DNA from: Octopus vulgaris
Lineage: Eukaryota
Length of the DNA: 64,000 nt
Direction of reading: 5' to 3'
NCBI GenBank assembly: GCA_951406725.2
Contig: OX597822.1
Span: forward strand, 6,758,001-6,822,000
A program made the translations under genes and the position numbers. Below are positions 13,280-26,093 of the stretch, piece by piece (within the stretch, counting starts at the first letter, position 1; each line of letters starts with the position of its first letter). Below the pieces are notes generated by a model that ran no database searches, was not told the origin of the DNA, and saw nothing but the letters and a program-made list of their open reading frames with translations.

Positions 13280-14193
13280 TGGTATGAGAGAATGGTTAAG
13301 CAATATTTATTCTAGATAAGACATGAAATAGAGAGTAACGTGGAAGAATGAAAATAGACGTGAGATATACAGGTATAATATATCTTCAGTTCCATTATTT
13401 AGGCAGAATGGTATACATATAAGATTCCTGTACCTTGTGATTAAGTTACAATAGTATTTAAAATTGGTTATTCCAAGCATAGGGTTTGTCAACGGTATTA
13501 TTGAATCGAGGGGTTTTTTGAAGTCACTTAAAAGTTATACATATATATGTGGGTAGGTGTGTGTATTTTCAATTGTGATCAGTTCTACGCACTAGCTGAA
13601 TATGTATAACATTAATATTCTCAAAGGTGTTTATACTGCTTTGAGTTAAACTGAATTCATATGTTTTTAGTATTATTGTTCGTACTCATCACAGTCTGCA
13701 GTAATCATCGAAGGAATTCGGTTTCTCAGAGACTAGATAAAAATCTACTGTCTATTATACTGAAGTATTATTACTTTTCTCTTCAATGTACACGAAAGTA
13801 TATTCACGCATACATACATATGAACTTATGCTTGTAGATGTATATACTGAACTATGCATTTCATTAAAAGCGCCGAGAAATCTTTACACCAAGTTTGTTC
13901 TGCACATCCTCACCTTGTGAAGTGTGTATACTGCTTTAGGTCAAAATCACAGCTAACAATAATTGCAATATAACGCCACCTACATTATGAAGTAAATTTG
14001 ATATTCAAATGTAATTGAGCTTGAGGTGGTTTGTACTGTAAATATGTGTAAATATTATCTGTTCTGCATTTCTGCTTCGGTGTTCGTTCGTCTCTTTTTC
14101 CCACCATAGACAGGTTTCTGTCTTCTCACATTTTCAGTCACCTTCACGATTTCATATTGCCATTATTCTGCTTAGTGTACTCAACTCCCTTTC

Positions 14194-14196
<3 letters not shown>

Positions 14197-14246
<50 letters not shown>

Positions 14247-14297
14247 GTATGCATAAATTTGTATTTATATGTATGTATATATGTATATATATATATG

Positions 14298-14329
<32 letters not shown>

Positions 14330-14364
14330 GTTGTATATATGTATATATATATATATATATATAT
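14197..14364. repeat. (TA)n with TG interruptions
   Basis: Directly visible. Confidence 0.95.
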
Positions 14365-14576
14365 TTGTATTATAAATAGATGAGTGTATTTTTACCTTGT
14401 TAGCAATTAAAACGGAAAAAATAAATAAATAGTTACCAGGGTAGCAAAAATCTCACAAGTAAAGAGGTTGTAACTCCTTGTTTATAAAGGTAGAAACTTC
14501 GTGTTTACGTGGAATATTTTGAATAATATATAAATAAATAAATGGAGTTCAACGCAGGTGTAAATCAAATATTTTT

Positions 14577-14662
14577 ACTTTCGACACATGTTTCAAAAAT
14601 TCCACTGATACTATTCAAAAGAATAAATGGTATAAACAATGCAATCTTCTCTTCAGGAAAGT
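14577..14662 (-). ncRNA. Type I hammerhead ribozyme, canonical core, in the PLE 3' UTR
   Basis: ACTTTC CTGAAGA [GAAGATTGCA...TGGAATTTTT] GAAAC ATGT GTC GAAAGT. Perfect 6-bp stem I, CUGANGA/GAAA core, GUC triplet, palindromic ACATGT. Confidence 0.8.
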
Positions 14663-14947
14663 GAAAAAAACCGAAACTCGTCAATAAGACATTTTAGCAA
14701 AAAATGATGGATTTGTATAGCGATTGACTGAACGCTATTAATATTGTTTAAAAAAACGTTATATGATATAACGTCATAAGTAGCTAACAGACAGAGTAGG
14801 GATATTAATAGTGAATGTTTAATATAAAGGAAATTAAAGTTTAAATTATATATAATGATAGAGACTATTTATATGCACTAAATGTGTGTTTTTGCCAATG
14901 TTTACATCTGTATGCTCGCTCTATAACCGTGTTTACTAAGGGAATTT

Positions 14948-15403
14948 TTAGGAAAAAATAATGAAAAGTAGCTCAGAATTGCAGAGAAGACAGAATTCCT
15001 TGCCTTTGTCATAAGGTATCAAGATTGAGAGAATCAACCATTCTAAATGAATTTGTTCGTTGTGGTCTTTCAGATTCCAAATCAGTTTGCTGAAACCGGT
15101 ACTATTACGTTTATTTCTATCCCTAAATGTTGAGTAATGGATAGAAATTCTTTTAGGTAACTCTAACGATGTGCTTCTAATGTAAAATCGTACTTTATTA
15201 CGAGTACTGATTATACACTGGTATATAGACTGTTTAATCTTAGAGTTACTTGACATAAACTTAATTCTATTGGAATTGATTTCAGATACAATAACCTTGT
15301 TATTAATATTTCTAGATTGGATGGTATTAGCTAAATTAATGTTAGTATTAGTAAATGTATTAATATTTAACAGTTTGTTATTATGAGAAGATATAATTTG
15401 CAA
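14948..15403 (-). pseudogene. PLE GIY-YIG endonuclease region
   Basis: SIYQC...FYIRST..KRISIHYSTF..STGFSKLIWNLK..CLLCNSE; premature stop. Confidence 0.8.
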
Positions 15404-15538
15404 GAGATTTTTTGTGTTTGAAAAACCGATCCCAACCGTATGTGAATTGATAATTGAGTAATACCTAGAATTCTTTGGAAAATTCCTAACAATAGCTTGA
15501 CGAAACAGCAGTGGGAGATTAGATTTAATTTGTCTCCC

Positions 15539-16129
15539 TTAAGGAATTATTAACCAAATATTTTTACTAGTATTCATCGTGGAATTATTTTTGAAGGTGT
15601 TATATTTACTTTTAGAACGATAATATGGGATTAAATAAGGGTTTTCTGCCTTCATTCGCTTTGCCATTTCAAAAAGAATATATATACAGACCAAATCAGC
15701 TATCTGTGCTGAATCAGAACATCCCATTGGTATATCGAAACTATCTGGTGTGTCTTTAAGGACCCACAACTTATTATCAAATTTAATAATAGATCTTCTG
15801 GCTGCCAACACAACATTAATTTCTTCTCGGGTGAGACCAGCTTTGTTATGAACAAGCCAAAGTGCCTTATTAAGTACTATTGGATTGATAGATGAATAAA
15901 AATTGGAAATATCAAACTGGATATACTTAGTACTCCCCTTATTGGTAATAGAACTGAACCAGTCAACTACTTGAAACGAATTAGTCCATAAATTAAGTTT
16001 TAATGTTTTAATTAAATTAGGAAAATATTTATCTAGTATATTTTTACTAAGGATACCGATGTCAGAGCTAGAAGGGCAGATACGCCTTAATGATGGGTTA
16101 GTAAAAAAATTTTGTTTGTGATCCTTCAA
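15539..16129 (-). pseudogene. PLE reverse transcriptase fragment
   Basis: Motifs A (FDISNFYSSI) and B (MGCSDSAQIADL) are present; no YxDD. Confidence 0.85.
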
Positions 16130-16144
16130 AATGAACCGAGTTGC

Positions 16145-16295
<151 letters not shown>

Positions 16296-16299
16296 ATAT

Positions 16300-16550
16300 G
16301 TGAAGGCGCATGGCTCAGTGGTTAGAGCGTCGAGCTTACGATCGTGAGATTGTGAGTTCGAATCCCACACCGGGATTCTACTTTATGTAGAAATGAGTTG
16401 TGACGTTACAGGTGCCAAGCTGTATCGGCCCCATTGCCTTTCCCTTGAATAACACTGATGGCGAGGAGAGGGGAGGCTGGTATGCATGGGCGACTGCTGG
16501 TCCTCCGTAAACAACCTTGCCCGGACTTGTGCCTGGGAGGGTAACTTTCT
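16300..16550 (+). mobile_element. SINE family C (tRNA-derived head)
   Basis: A box TGGCTCAGTGG, B box GAGTTCGAATCC. Body GCTGGTATGCATGGGCGACTGCTGGTC is shared with 44450-44780. Confidence 0.8.
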
Positions 16551-16974
16551 GCACAAACATTGGACAGGAACTGGATAATGACTGAGCCACAGAGCTTCAT
16601 CCGAGAGACTATAATGTTAGGAAACTGACATGTGAGGAGGTAAGGTAAAATAATAAAATACCAGAAAGTAACAACATCATAGAAACAGTAAGGAATGGTA
16701 AAAACGTCATCACTTCATCACTTCACATTATCAATATGTGACAGGGAGGGCCTAGAAAATCTAGAGTTAGGAAATTTATTGTTTTTAACAAACAGCAACA
16801 GATTATTAAAATATGAAACATAATTTTAAGACATACTTTAATAGTACAGAATCATTTATTGTATGTGATAGATTTTTGTGAAATAAAATCAGTTCTCATT
16901 TATAGGAGTATGATATGTATAAGTGTGTGTGTGTGTGTTTGTATGTGTGTGTGTATCTGTGTGTATATATATAT

Positions 16975-17019
<45 letters not shown>

Positions 17020-17739
17020 TATACATATACATACATATACAGACACATATGTGCGCTTGTGACTCATTGTGTGTGAGTATGTGTCTGTGGAAACTACTGA
17101 CGATATGTATATATATATATATATGTATATATGTGACTGTGTGTGTAAAGAATGCACAAATGGTTTGCTGACGACGCCTATTGAGCTAGAAAATTATGTC
17201 CATGCCTATTCTCTTATCGCCAGGAAATAAGTATGTACGTTGTCCTTACTACGTCAGTCTCGGCGAATTTCTGAATCGTGAGTTATCTCCCCTTCTTAAC
17301 TGAAGTTGATCTTAATTTCCCTTTGGTTATTACGATACATTTCTAGAAGCTGAGATGATGTTAATACATTCAGAATGTTGTATGGCATTTAATACACCTG
17401 TATTTGTCTATATATACGTATATATACGATGCAAAGCCACAATAAAAAATTGTGAAGAGTCAATATACAGTACTTTTTCTCAGCTAGTTTTCCGTATCCA
17501 GAATTATTTTAATCTTATTTACACTTTCGTGTAGATTTATATATTTAATTTAACAACGCAAAGAATAAAAACAAAAACAGAGAAAGTATGTAAGCGTTGG
17601 TCTGAGGAAGAGACAAAAGCAGAGGAAAATAGGGAGCGTAGCAAGATATGGCATAAAAGTAAAAGGGATGTTAAGAGATGGGTGTAGGGGCGAGTGTTAA
17701 ATGAATAGTTATAGTGCAGGAACGAATGAGAAAGAGCTG

Positions 17740-18144
17740 CACACACACACACACAAACATCTATATATATACACACATATATATGTTCATGTACATACAC
17801 ACACACACACATATATATATATATATCCATATATATATGTATATAAAGATGTACGCACAGGCACACAATCACGCAAAAACAGGCACGGACACACACACAG
17901 ACACAAACGCGCACAGACATACACGCACGCACACACACACACACACATACACACACAAACATCTATATATACACATACATATATATATTCATGTACATAC
18001 ATACATACATACATACATAGATACATACACACACATGCACACATATGTATATATATATATATATTCATATAAGCATGTACGCACAGGCACATAATCACGC
18101 AAAAACAGGCACGGACACCCACAAACACACACACACACACACAA

Positions 18145-18150
<6 letters not shown>
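17740..18150. repeat. Tandem duplication (~225 nt) of a CA-rich unit
   Basis: TGTACGCACAGGCACA.AATCACGCAAAAACAGGCACGGACAC occurs at ~17850 and ~18076. Confidence 0.8.
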
Positions 18151-18188
<38 letters not shown>

Positions 18189-18833
18189 TAACTTAAAAAA
18201 TTAAATTTGAAATGGCGAGATGATCATATTAAGTGAGTTTCTCACTTCAACGTCTTGTAGCCGTGTGCAATTTATAAATCAAAGACAAAGCTATCAATAA
18301 TAACTATTTAACACCTCCGACATCTCACCATAAATTTGATATTGATATGTAACAGACCTTCAGGTGGTTTGTACTGCACAAGTGAGAGAATATTATCTGC
18401 TTTTCATTGTCCTATATTCTATATTTCTACCTTATAATCATTTTTTTCTTTCACTTGTACTTGTATTACGCGTTCTAATTCTGTATCTACACCTTCACTT
18501 TATTCTTATGCATATGTGCAAACATACACGTATACATAAAATCATACACATGTTGGTGCATAAGTTGCATTATTACAACGTGGGTTGACGAGACGACTCG
18601 CTTGAAAAAAAAATGTGAGAAATGTAACTCAATGACGCAAGTGTACACGTACATACACACGCACACAGACAGACACACCGACACACAAACACACACACAT
18701 ATATACACATGAGCACACAAAATAAAGTCATATATATATATATACTATACACAAACATGTATATACTATGTTTGTATCACTACACCTCTGATTGTCTGTC
18801 TGTTACTCTCTCTCTCTTTCTCTTTCTCTCTCA

Positions 18834-18894
<61 letters not shown>

Positions 18895-18895
18895 A

Positions 18896-18940
<45 letters not shown>

Positions 18941-18944
18941 CCTA

Positions 18945-18996
<52 letters not shown>

Positions 18997-19572
18997 CATA
19001 CATATACATATATAGATGTATCTTTGCGTTATATACACACGTGCGCGCATGTATACACACATACAGAGAGAGAGAGAGGGTGAGAAAGAGAGAGAGTGAG
19101 ACAGAGTAATTGATGAAGAGGATGAGAATTATTATGGTAACGCTGATAGCAAAGAGAGCAATGTTGATTGGATGATTCTGTTTCTCAGTTGTTTGCAGCC
19201 TCATTACACATGTGACCAGAGACTGAAATTGATAATTTTTTTTCTGCTGATTTAAAAAATTACAAAGAAATTACATTATCAAGTATAGTGTCTTCACAAA
19301 ATCGATGATAGCATCTTACCATATGGTCGGATTTAATTCTTGTTTTTTTTTTATTATTATTATTACTATAAATTGCCATACTTAAATAGTCTATAACAGT
19401 ATAACTAATAGCCGTGATTTTGAAAAGTAATCATCTACCAACTTTTAGACCGTTTCGGTTACACAAAAGCACTACATCACTAATATCAGTCGCTCCCAAC
19501 CAGAGACGATAGAAAGGCGCACTTTAGAAGGTCACATTACTTAGGTTAAAATGCATCTATTATATATATATA

Positions 19573-20122
19573 TAGGGAGAGTTTACGAAAAAAAAAACAA
19601 AAGACGAAGACAGGTGGTGTTCAAAACAAACAGATGTATTATTCGGGAAGCACTCCGTCGGTTACGACGGTGAGGGTTCCGGTTGATCCGAATCAACGGA
19701 ACAGCCTGCTCGTGAAATTAACGTGTAAGTGGCTGAGCACTCCACAGACACGTCTACCCTTAACGTAGTTCTCGAGGATATTCAGCGTGACACAAAGAGT
19801 GACAAGGCCGGCCCTTTGAAATACAGGTACAACAGAAACAGGAAGTAAGAGTGAGAGAAAGTTGTGGTGAAAGAGTACAGCAGGGATCACCACCATCCCC
19901 TGCCGGAGCGTCGTGGAGCTTTTAGGTGTTTTCGCTCAATAAATACTCACAACGCCCGGTCTGGGAATCGAAACCGCGATCCTATGACCGCGAGTCCGCT
20001 GCCCTAACCACTGGGCCATTGCGCCTCCACAGATGTATTAGTATAACGCTCAGGAATAGAGAAGGTCTTTTACGTTTCGAGCCTACGCTCTTCTACAGAA
20101 AGGGACATAGAAAAACAAGGAG

Positions 20123-20123
<1 letters not shown>
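19573..20123 (-). mobile_element. ~185-nt HHR-like element copy interrupted by a SINE
   Basis: Removing the SINE and one TSD restores the element. HHR-like motif at 20065-20106; (TA)n at both ends. Confidence 0.7.
19642..20028 (-). mobile_element. SINE family B, full length, with 12-bp TSD
   Basis: A box TGGCCCAGTGG, B box GGTTTCGATTCC. TSD ACAGATGTATTA at 19630-19641 and 20029-20040. Highly similar to 52093-52451. Confidence 0.9.
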
Positions 20124-20163
<40 letters not shown>

Positions 20164-21033
20164 CCATTATCTCTTCGTGCATTCTTCAGTATGTATTTGC
20201 TACTCGCGATTTTTTTATTGTATCATATATGATATTTCACTATGTCTTTAATGATATTATATCTATCTTTGAATAGAAAATTTATTATATGCGGTTAAAA
20301 ACCTGTTCCCTTCTCAGTTTCCTCATCATTTGGAGCCAGAATATCATCTGGAAGGTGTACAGCAAGCCTGGATAACTTTTGTTTGAACTATGACGAGTTT
20401 TATATCAAAATTAGAAAAATAAAGGTCAGCGAAGCATTAGCGAATTTGTTAAAAAATCTTATTATAACTAATTGCGCGTGAAATTACGAAATCAAGATTT
20501 AAAAAATGGGCTTCTCATAAGCCCTGCTTAATTTGTGTTGAAAACCTAAGACCCTCGGTAAAAGGTACAAATCAACTCAATGCCGAAGAGTACCTAAAAA
20601 TCAGCGATTACTGTTACTTTTGCTCATGTGAAGATGAAGGAACACAGTTCGAGGAGGGGGAGAAACATCGATTATCCCAAATCCCCAACAGCATGTGACT
20701 TTTTACCCACGGACGTTCTAATTCCATCATCACCAGAAAAACCTGAATACATCGGCCTGAGTTCTGAGACCGAAGGCAATGTTTGCTATATTCAATGGTG
20801 ATTTGATTTATATTTTGGCTCTTTTTGAAGCATTTATTCTTTTTTGGCTTTTGATATTCTTCTATAAACTTTCTAGTGTTCTCTTGAAGATTAATTTGCA
20901 ATGCCGGCTGCTGCTATTATTACCTTATAGTGAAGAATGTCACAGATGTTGATGTAGAGGTGGCTGCTCAAATATGAATTTTGATCGTTTTATTTAGAAG
21001 TGATCAGTCAATTATTTATTTCTATTCATATAT

Positions 21034-21431
21034 AGGCGCAGGAGTGGCTGTGTGGTAAGTAGCTTGTTTACCAACCACATGGTTGCGGGTTCAGTCCCAC
21101 TGCGTGGCATCTTGGGCAAGTGTGTTCTGCTATAGCCCCGGGCCGACCAATGCCGTGTGAGTAGATTTGGTAGACGGAAACTGAAAGAAGCCTGTCGTAA
21201 ATATATATATATATATATGTATGTGTGTGTTTGTGTTTGTCCCCCTAGCATTGCTTGACAACCTATGCTGGTGTGTTTACGTCCCCGTTACTTAGCGGTT
21301 CGGCAAAAGAGACCGATGGAATAAGTACTGGTCTTACAAAGAATAAGTCCCCAGGGTCGATTTGCTCGACTAAAGGCGGTGCTCCAGCATGGCCGCAGTC
21401 AAATGACTGAAACAAGTAAAGTGTAAAAGAG
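21034..21431 (+). mobile_element. SINE family A, full length
   Basis: A box TGGCTGTGTGG, B box GGTTCAGTCCC, CTTGGGCAAGTG segment, internal (TA)n, GTAAAAGA tail. Confidence 0.9.
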
Positions 21432-22116
21432 TATATAATTTATAGCAAATTTATATGTTTTTGTTCTTTTCTGCTGTACGTATTGCTTCCACTGTTAATA
21501 TATTCTTTTCCCGGGGAATTCGCAGGTGTATAGGGGTATAGAGCTTACCAATGTTTACATATCAAGCTTTGTTTCGTGCCGTGTGCAGTATATGAATACC
21601 AAGAGAAAACTACGCTGCTTAGTATACGATATAAATAACTTATGGTAAATGGGGCCAAACAATCGGAGTATCCACTCGTGGTGGCTGTTGAATGTCTGAC
21701 CGTTAGATTTGTACATCATTAGAAAGGGAGTGATTTATTTTTGTTCATTAATGTCTATCATCTGCAGATTTGTTTTGGCACTAAATTATTCTCCGAAAAT
21801 TATTTGTCATTAACATCTATTGTGCTTCTGTTGGGAAATTCTCTAGAAGGGAAATGAAGTGTTTATTAGTATTCCTTTCTAGTTTCATTTTCATTTCCAT
21901 GATGTAATGCATTACATTTCCTCTCTTTGTTTGATGTGCATAAAGAAATGAAGTGAGGGAGACGATTTGTGTGGTTGATATTCTAGAAGTATACCACTTT
22001 CATGTTTGCCGTCAATTTCAAATTCGTAAGCAACACTGATTATTGTGATAGCTTGTTAATAGGATTATTGGCTTTTGGTTTCATAAGAAACTTTAGAAAA
22101 ATATGCAGTTTTGCTA

Positions 22117-22156
<40 letters not shown>

Positions 22157-22159
<3 letters not shown>

Positions 22160-22340
22160 AGATCGTTAGCCACTACACACATTGTTTTCTCTCCTTGTTT
22201 TTTCTGTGTCTCTTTCTCTAGAAAAGCGTAGGCTTGAAACTTAAAAGACGTTTTCTATTCCTGAGCGTTATACTAATACATCTGTTTGTTTTGTACACCA
22301 CCTGTCTTCGTCTTTTGTTTTTTTCGTAAACTCTCCCTAT
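22157..22340 (+). mobile_element. ~185-nt HHR-like element
   Basis: Homologous to the copies at 19573, 29330 and 50773; follows (TA)n. Confidence 0.7.
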
Positions 22341-22806
22341 TTATTATACCGATTATACCTAATTTATTATACCGATAAACACACATCAAAAAGTTCCTCT
22401 GTTCCCTTACATATATCTATAAGAGAGTGAAATACGAAAAACAACACCACACCGTTAATGTTTCTCCAATAAAAACATCAAAATATCTGATTGCCAAAAA
22501 CAGTGGATGACATTTTCAAATAACATACACCAGGTAGATATAAGATACCTATTTTTAATGAGTTCCCAGAAAAGATATAATTGAATATGCTACTAACTCT
22601 ACCTGAGATGTACGAGATACATTTCACAAGCTTTGGGACCTTTTTAGGAGAAGCAGTTATAGATTTGAGTAAGTTTAATATTTAACTATACATCTAATAA
22701 TCAAACCTGCCAACTTTTTCTATTCCAAACTGGAGGAGACGGTTATAGGAACTTGGAACACAATTTACTAAGCACTGCTTACTAGTTTACAGAATACAGC
22801 CGGAAT

Positions 22807-24060
22807 ATGAAGAAGATTTGCAAGCTCGATATGCTTTAAAATGTTTTGTGTTAAGCTGGGCAAAAACGCTAGTGAAACTTATAAGATGTCCTAGACTGCT
22901 TATAGATTAAGATGTATGAGCTGCGAACCTGTGTTTCACTGGTCTAACAAAAGTAAGGGCGGCGGAGAGGGGATGAAAAACGATGAGAGGTGTGGGGGGT
23001 GGGGGATGTCAGAAGATCAGAGCTGTTTGAGAAAATTCGCAATTTTCTGGATGAAGACCGTTATGCGTCTATATAGTCAATAAGCCATAGTTTGGAGAGT
23101 GTGACAACAAGCGCAATATTTATGCAAGATTTGTTCCCAAGGAGCTTAATGACAAACAGAAAAAATAAGAGGCGTTGATGAGAGCACGGATTTGGCGGAT
23201 CTCATTATCTTCAATCCAAGAGTACTTGAGTTTCTAGTGATTGTGACAAAAGCTGAATCTACTGTCGTGAGCCGGAGATCAAGAGACAGGACACCCAATG
23301 GAAGCATAATAGCTCCTCCAGACTGAAAATGAACAAAGAACGCATATCCGTGGGATGTTCATGATGATCCCCTTTCTTTGGCACCAAAAGCATCATCTAC
23401 ATGTACGAGCCAGACAGTCAACAAAGAAATATTCGCAGAATTTTTGAAGGAGTTGAAAAAATTTCATCGCAAAAAGCCAGAGGTATCCCACACGAGTCAG
23501 TCGGTGGCAACTACACCAAGACAATGCAGCAGTTCACAGTTCTATCCTGGTAACCGTCTACTTGACGGAGATGACTATCTAAACTGACCCTCACCATTCC
23601 TACAGTCCAGACATTGCTCCTTGTGATTTTTGGTTGTTACCAGAGCGGAAGGCCAGGCTCTCTATCGATTACGACAACAAGTATTCCTGTTGATTACGTC
23701 TATCGAACAGCCAGCTCCTGAAATTAGCATAGATGTGTACCATTAAAGCAGTTTTTAGGGAGATTCACCGTAACAAAAATGTGTCATAGCTGGCTCTCTA
23801 AAAAAATAGGTACAACACCTTTTTGTCAGCTTAGTGGACTGGAGTAACGAAAAATAAAATGTCTTGTTGATGAATAAATCGCACCGCCAGGAATCGAAGA
23901 CACGATCGTGAGCCAAATACCTGAAACATTAAGCTACGTGCATTCCCTCAGTCTAAAGGAGAAGCGTTTGGGTGATAAATGAGGCCACGGCAACAGTCCC
24001 GGACATCTTCAACTTGGAGGATTCCATTAGACCTTCATGAAATGATTAGATACTAAGATA
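22807..24060 (+). pseudogene. Mariner transposase fossil interrupted by a SINE
   Basis: Fragments VKLGKNASETYKM, ARFVPKELN, CDKS.IYCREPEIKRQ..QW, QDNA and HSYSPDIAPCDFWL. Confidence 0.8.
23668..23945 (-). mobile_element. Old SINE: family-C-type 5' part with family-B-type 3' part
   Basis: 23825-23945 resembles 44645-44780; 23668-23815 resembles 19660-19830. Confidence 0.6.
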
Positions 24061-25527
24061 TACCTGTTGTATTCAGAGGATCCTACTATTAGAGTTTTGT
24101 ATATATTTGACATTATTAAATGTATCTCCTGAAAATCTTTCCACTCTCCTTGAATGCATCTTGAACAATGTTTGTTCCCCAATTTCATTTTTATAAACAC
24201 AATAGGCATTATATCAAATGCTATTCACAAACACGGAATTATAACAGCACGAAGTCATCATGCTAACATATCGAATACATTATAGCTGTGTCCTGTACTG
24301 TAGAATAAATGTGAGTTTTCGATGATTATAAAGCAACTTCCATAAACAAAGACGATAGGGCTTGCCGTACGTATTCATGGCATTTCACGACAGTACGTTA
24401 CAAATGACGACGATATACTTGATACAATGTATATACTGGAAGTTATCAAGAAAATAAAAGAAACTCAAAAATACATACAGCATTGCATTAATTTAAAACA
24501 GTACAAAGCAACCAGCTGCCAACAGAAATCCTCCGTATCAGCATAAATTTTTAGATAGAAAATAACCACCTTCGTCTACATCCAAAGCCTGTAAAATATG
24601 AGGCGTTGGACACTTTTGGACAACACTGAATATGTGGTGCTTGCTTACAAAACTTTTTTTCTGTTTTCCCTTCTTCTCGTTGTTTAACAACAGAATTCAG
24701 TATCGATAAAGCGTGCAAATATTTGATATGTCAGATATGAGATTACATTGCTTATTAAAAATTATAAATTTTCCTACCCGCAAAATTTGAAGCAGTGAAT
24801 GCATTCACCTTCCTAAATGAATGAATCAACATAGTTTGCCAGCATTTCATACGTTATTGCAACATAGTTTATATGAATCATCACCTCTAAGAAAAGAAGA
24901 TACGAGGGAAAATATTTGTTTGCCTGTTGGATAAACAGCGAAAGCGGTTGGGGTTACAAAAACTAAAAATATTTCAAATCATAGCTGCATACGATAAGCA
25001 TACATGGTACAAGCTAGTGTTTATGTCATGCAATGTTTAGCAATTTACATATTACAACAGATGTGGCTAAATTTTTTTATAAGGACAAACAAGACAGTTA
25101 CGCACACTGGCAGTATATTTGCCTCTATGCATCAATAGTCAAGCAATTCATATTTTATTTCGCTCGACTGTTTGGACACCTGTTTCCTCATATGTCTTCA
25201 ATAAAATTTTAGATATCAGTACTAAAGTCAACCAACTATTTGTCATTTAATATTTTCGATCGTTTGAAATGACATGACGTGTTTTAAACTGACCCAGAAA
25301 CGGAAGTACATAACCATTTTGCTGACTGAGAAGTGTGAAAGAAACGGCAATTACCATAACATATAATCATAACGTATTCTTTAATCTCGAAATTATCTAT
25401 AATACATATCTTACACTACATGTGTATAAAGTTGTGATTCACTATTTAGAAATTTTTATTCGAATTTTTGAAAGGAAGTTACATATGCATCCATATACAC
25501 ACACAACCATATGTATATATATATATA

Positions 25528-25701
25528 CCGGAGAAAACACATAAATGTGAAACAAGGTGGAAAAAAGAGTACTCAAATACCAGTGGTAGAGTAATATGCT
25601 TTATTTAAAGCAGCAGAAAATTCAACCGAGCCTATTACTCTGAGTTTCCCGGGAAACTCAAAGTAACAGGTTTTGTTGAATTTTCTGCTGCTTTAAATAA
25701 A

Positions 25702-25707
<6 letters not shown>
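25528..25707. repeat. Spacer-less palindrome (52-bp arms) with one extended arm, between (TA)n tracts
   Basis: 25599-25650 pairs with 25651-25702 with 5 mismatches and no indel; centre TTTCCC|GGGAAA. Confidence 0.9.
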
Positions 25708-25738
<31 letters not shown>

Positions 25739-26093
25739 AATGTATGTATATATCCTGCAAATATGTATATATATCTAAAAGAGAGATTCTGTCTGTTCGT
25801 CCCACAAAACATGAGACACCGTCTCATTTTATAAGCGTGGGTATTTTGTTCACATTCTCACTTTAACTTCGATGATGAAATGATGATGATGGCGTGACCA
25901 GAGAAAATGAGCCAAAATTTTCAAAGAATCGATACATTTCAATCTCTCTATCTCTTTCACTCATTCTCTCCCCCTCTCTCTCTTTATCTTTCTATCTTTC
26001 TGTCTTTCTATTTGGCCCAAAATTGTCCTGTGGCGAGAATAGTCTGCGTCGAAGACAATGACAGCCACCACACCACATATATTTATTCATTTA

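Noticed and set aside
16305-16375. tRNA-like sequence with A and B boxes
   Set aside because: It continues into a body shared with 44450-44780 and has no clean acceptor stem, so it is a SINE head. The same holds for ~19955-20028.
17165-17285. CTGACGA-CGCC...GGCGAAT hammerhead-like signal
   Set aside because: GAAA is broken and I find no stem I or stem III pairing.
21172-21197. GACGG-AAACTGAAAGAAG-CCTGTC hairpin in SINE A resembling a ribozyme
   Set aside because: CTGAAAGA does not fit CUGANGA, and the three-stem topology is absent.
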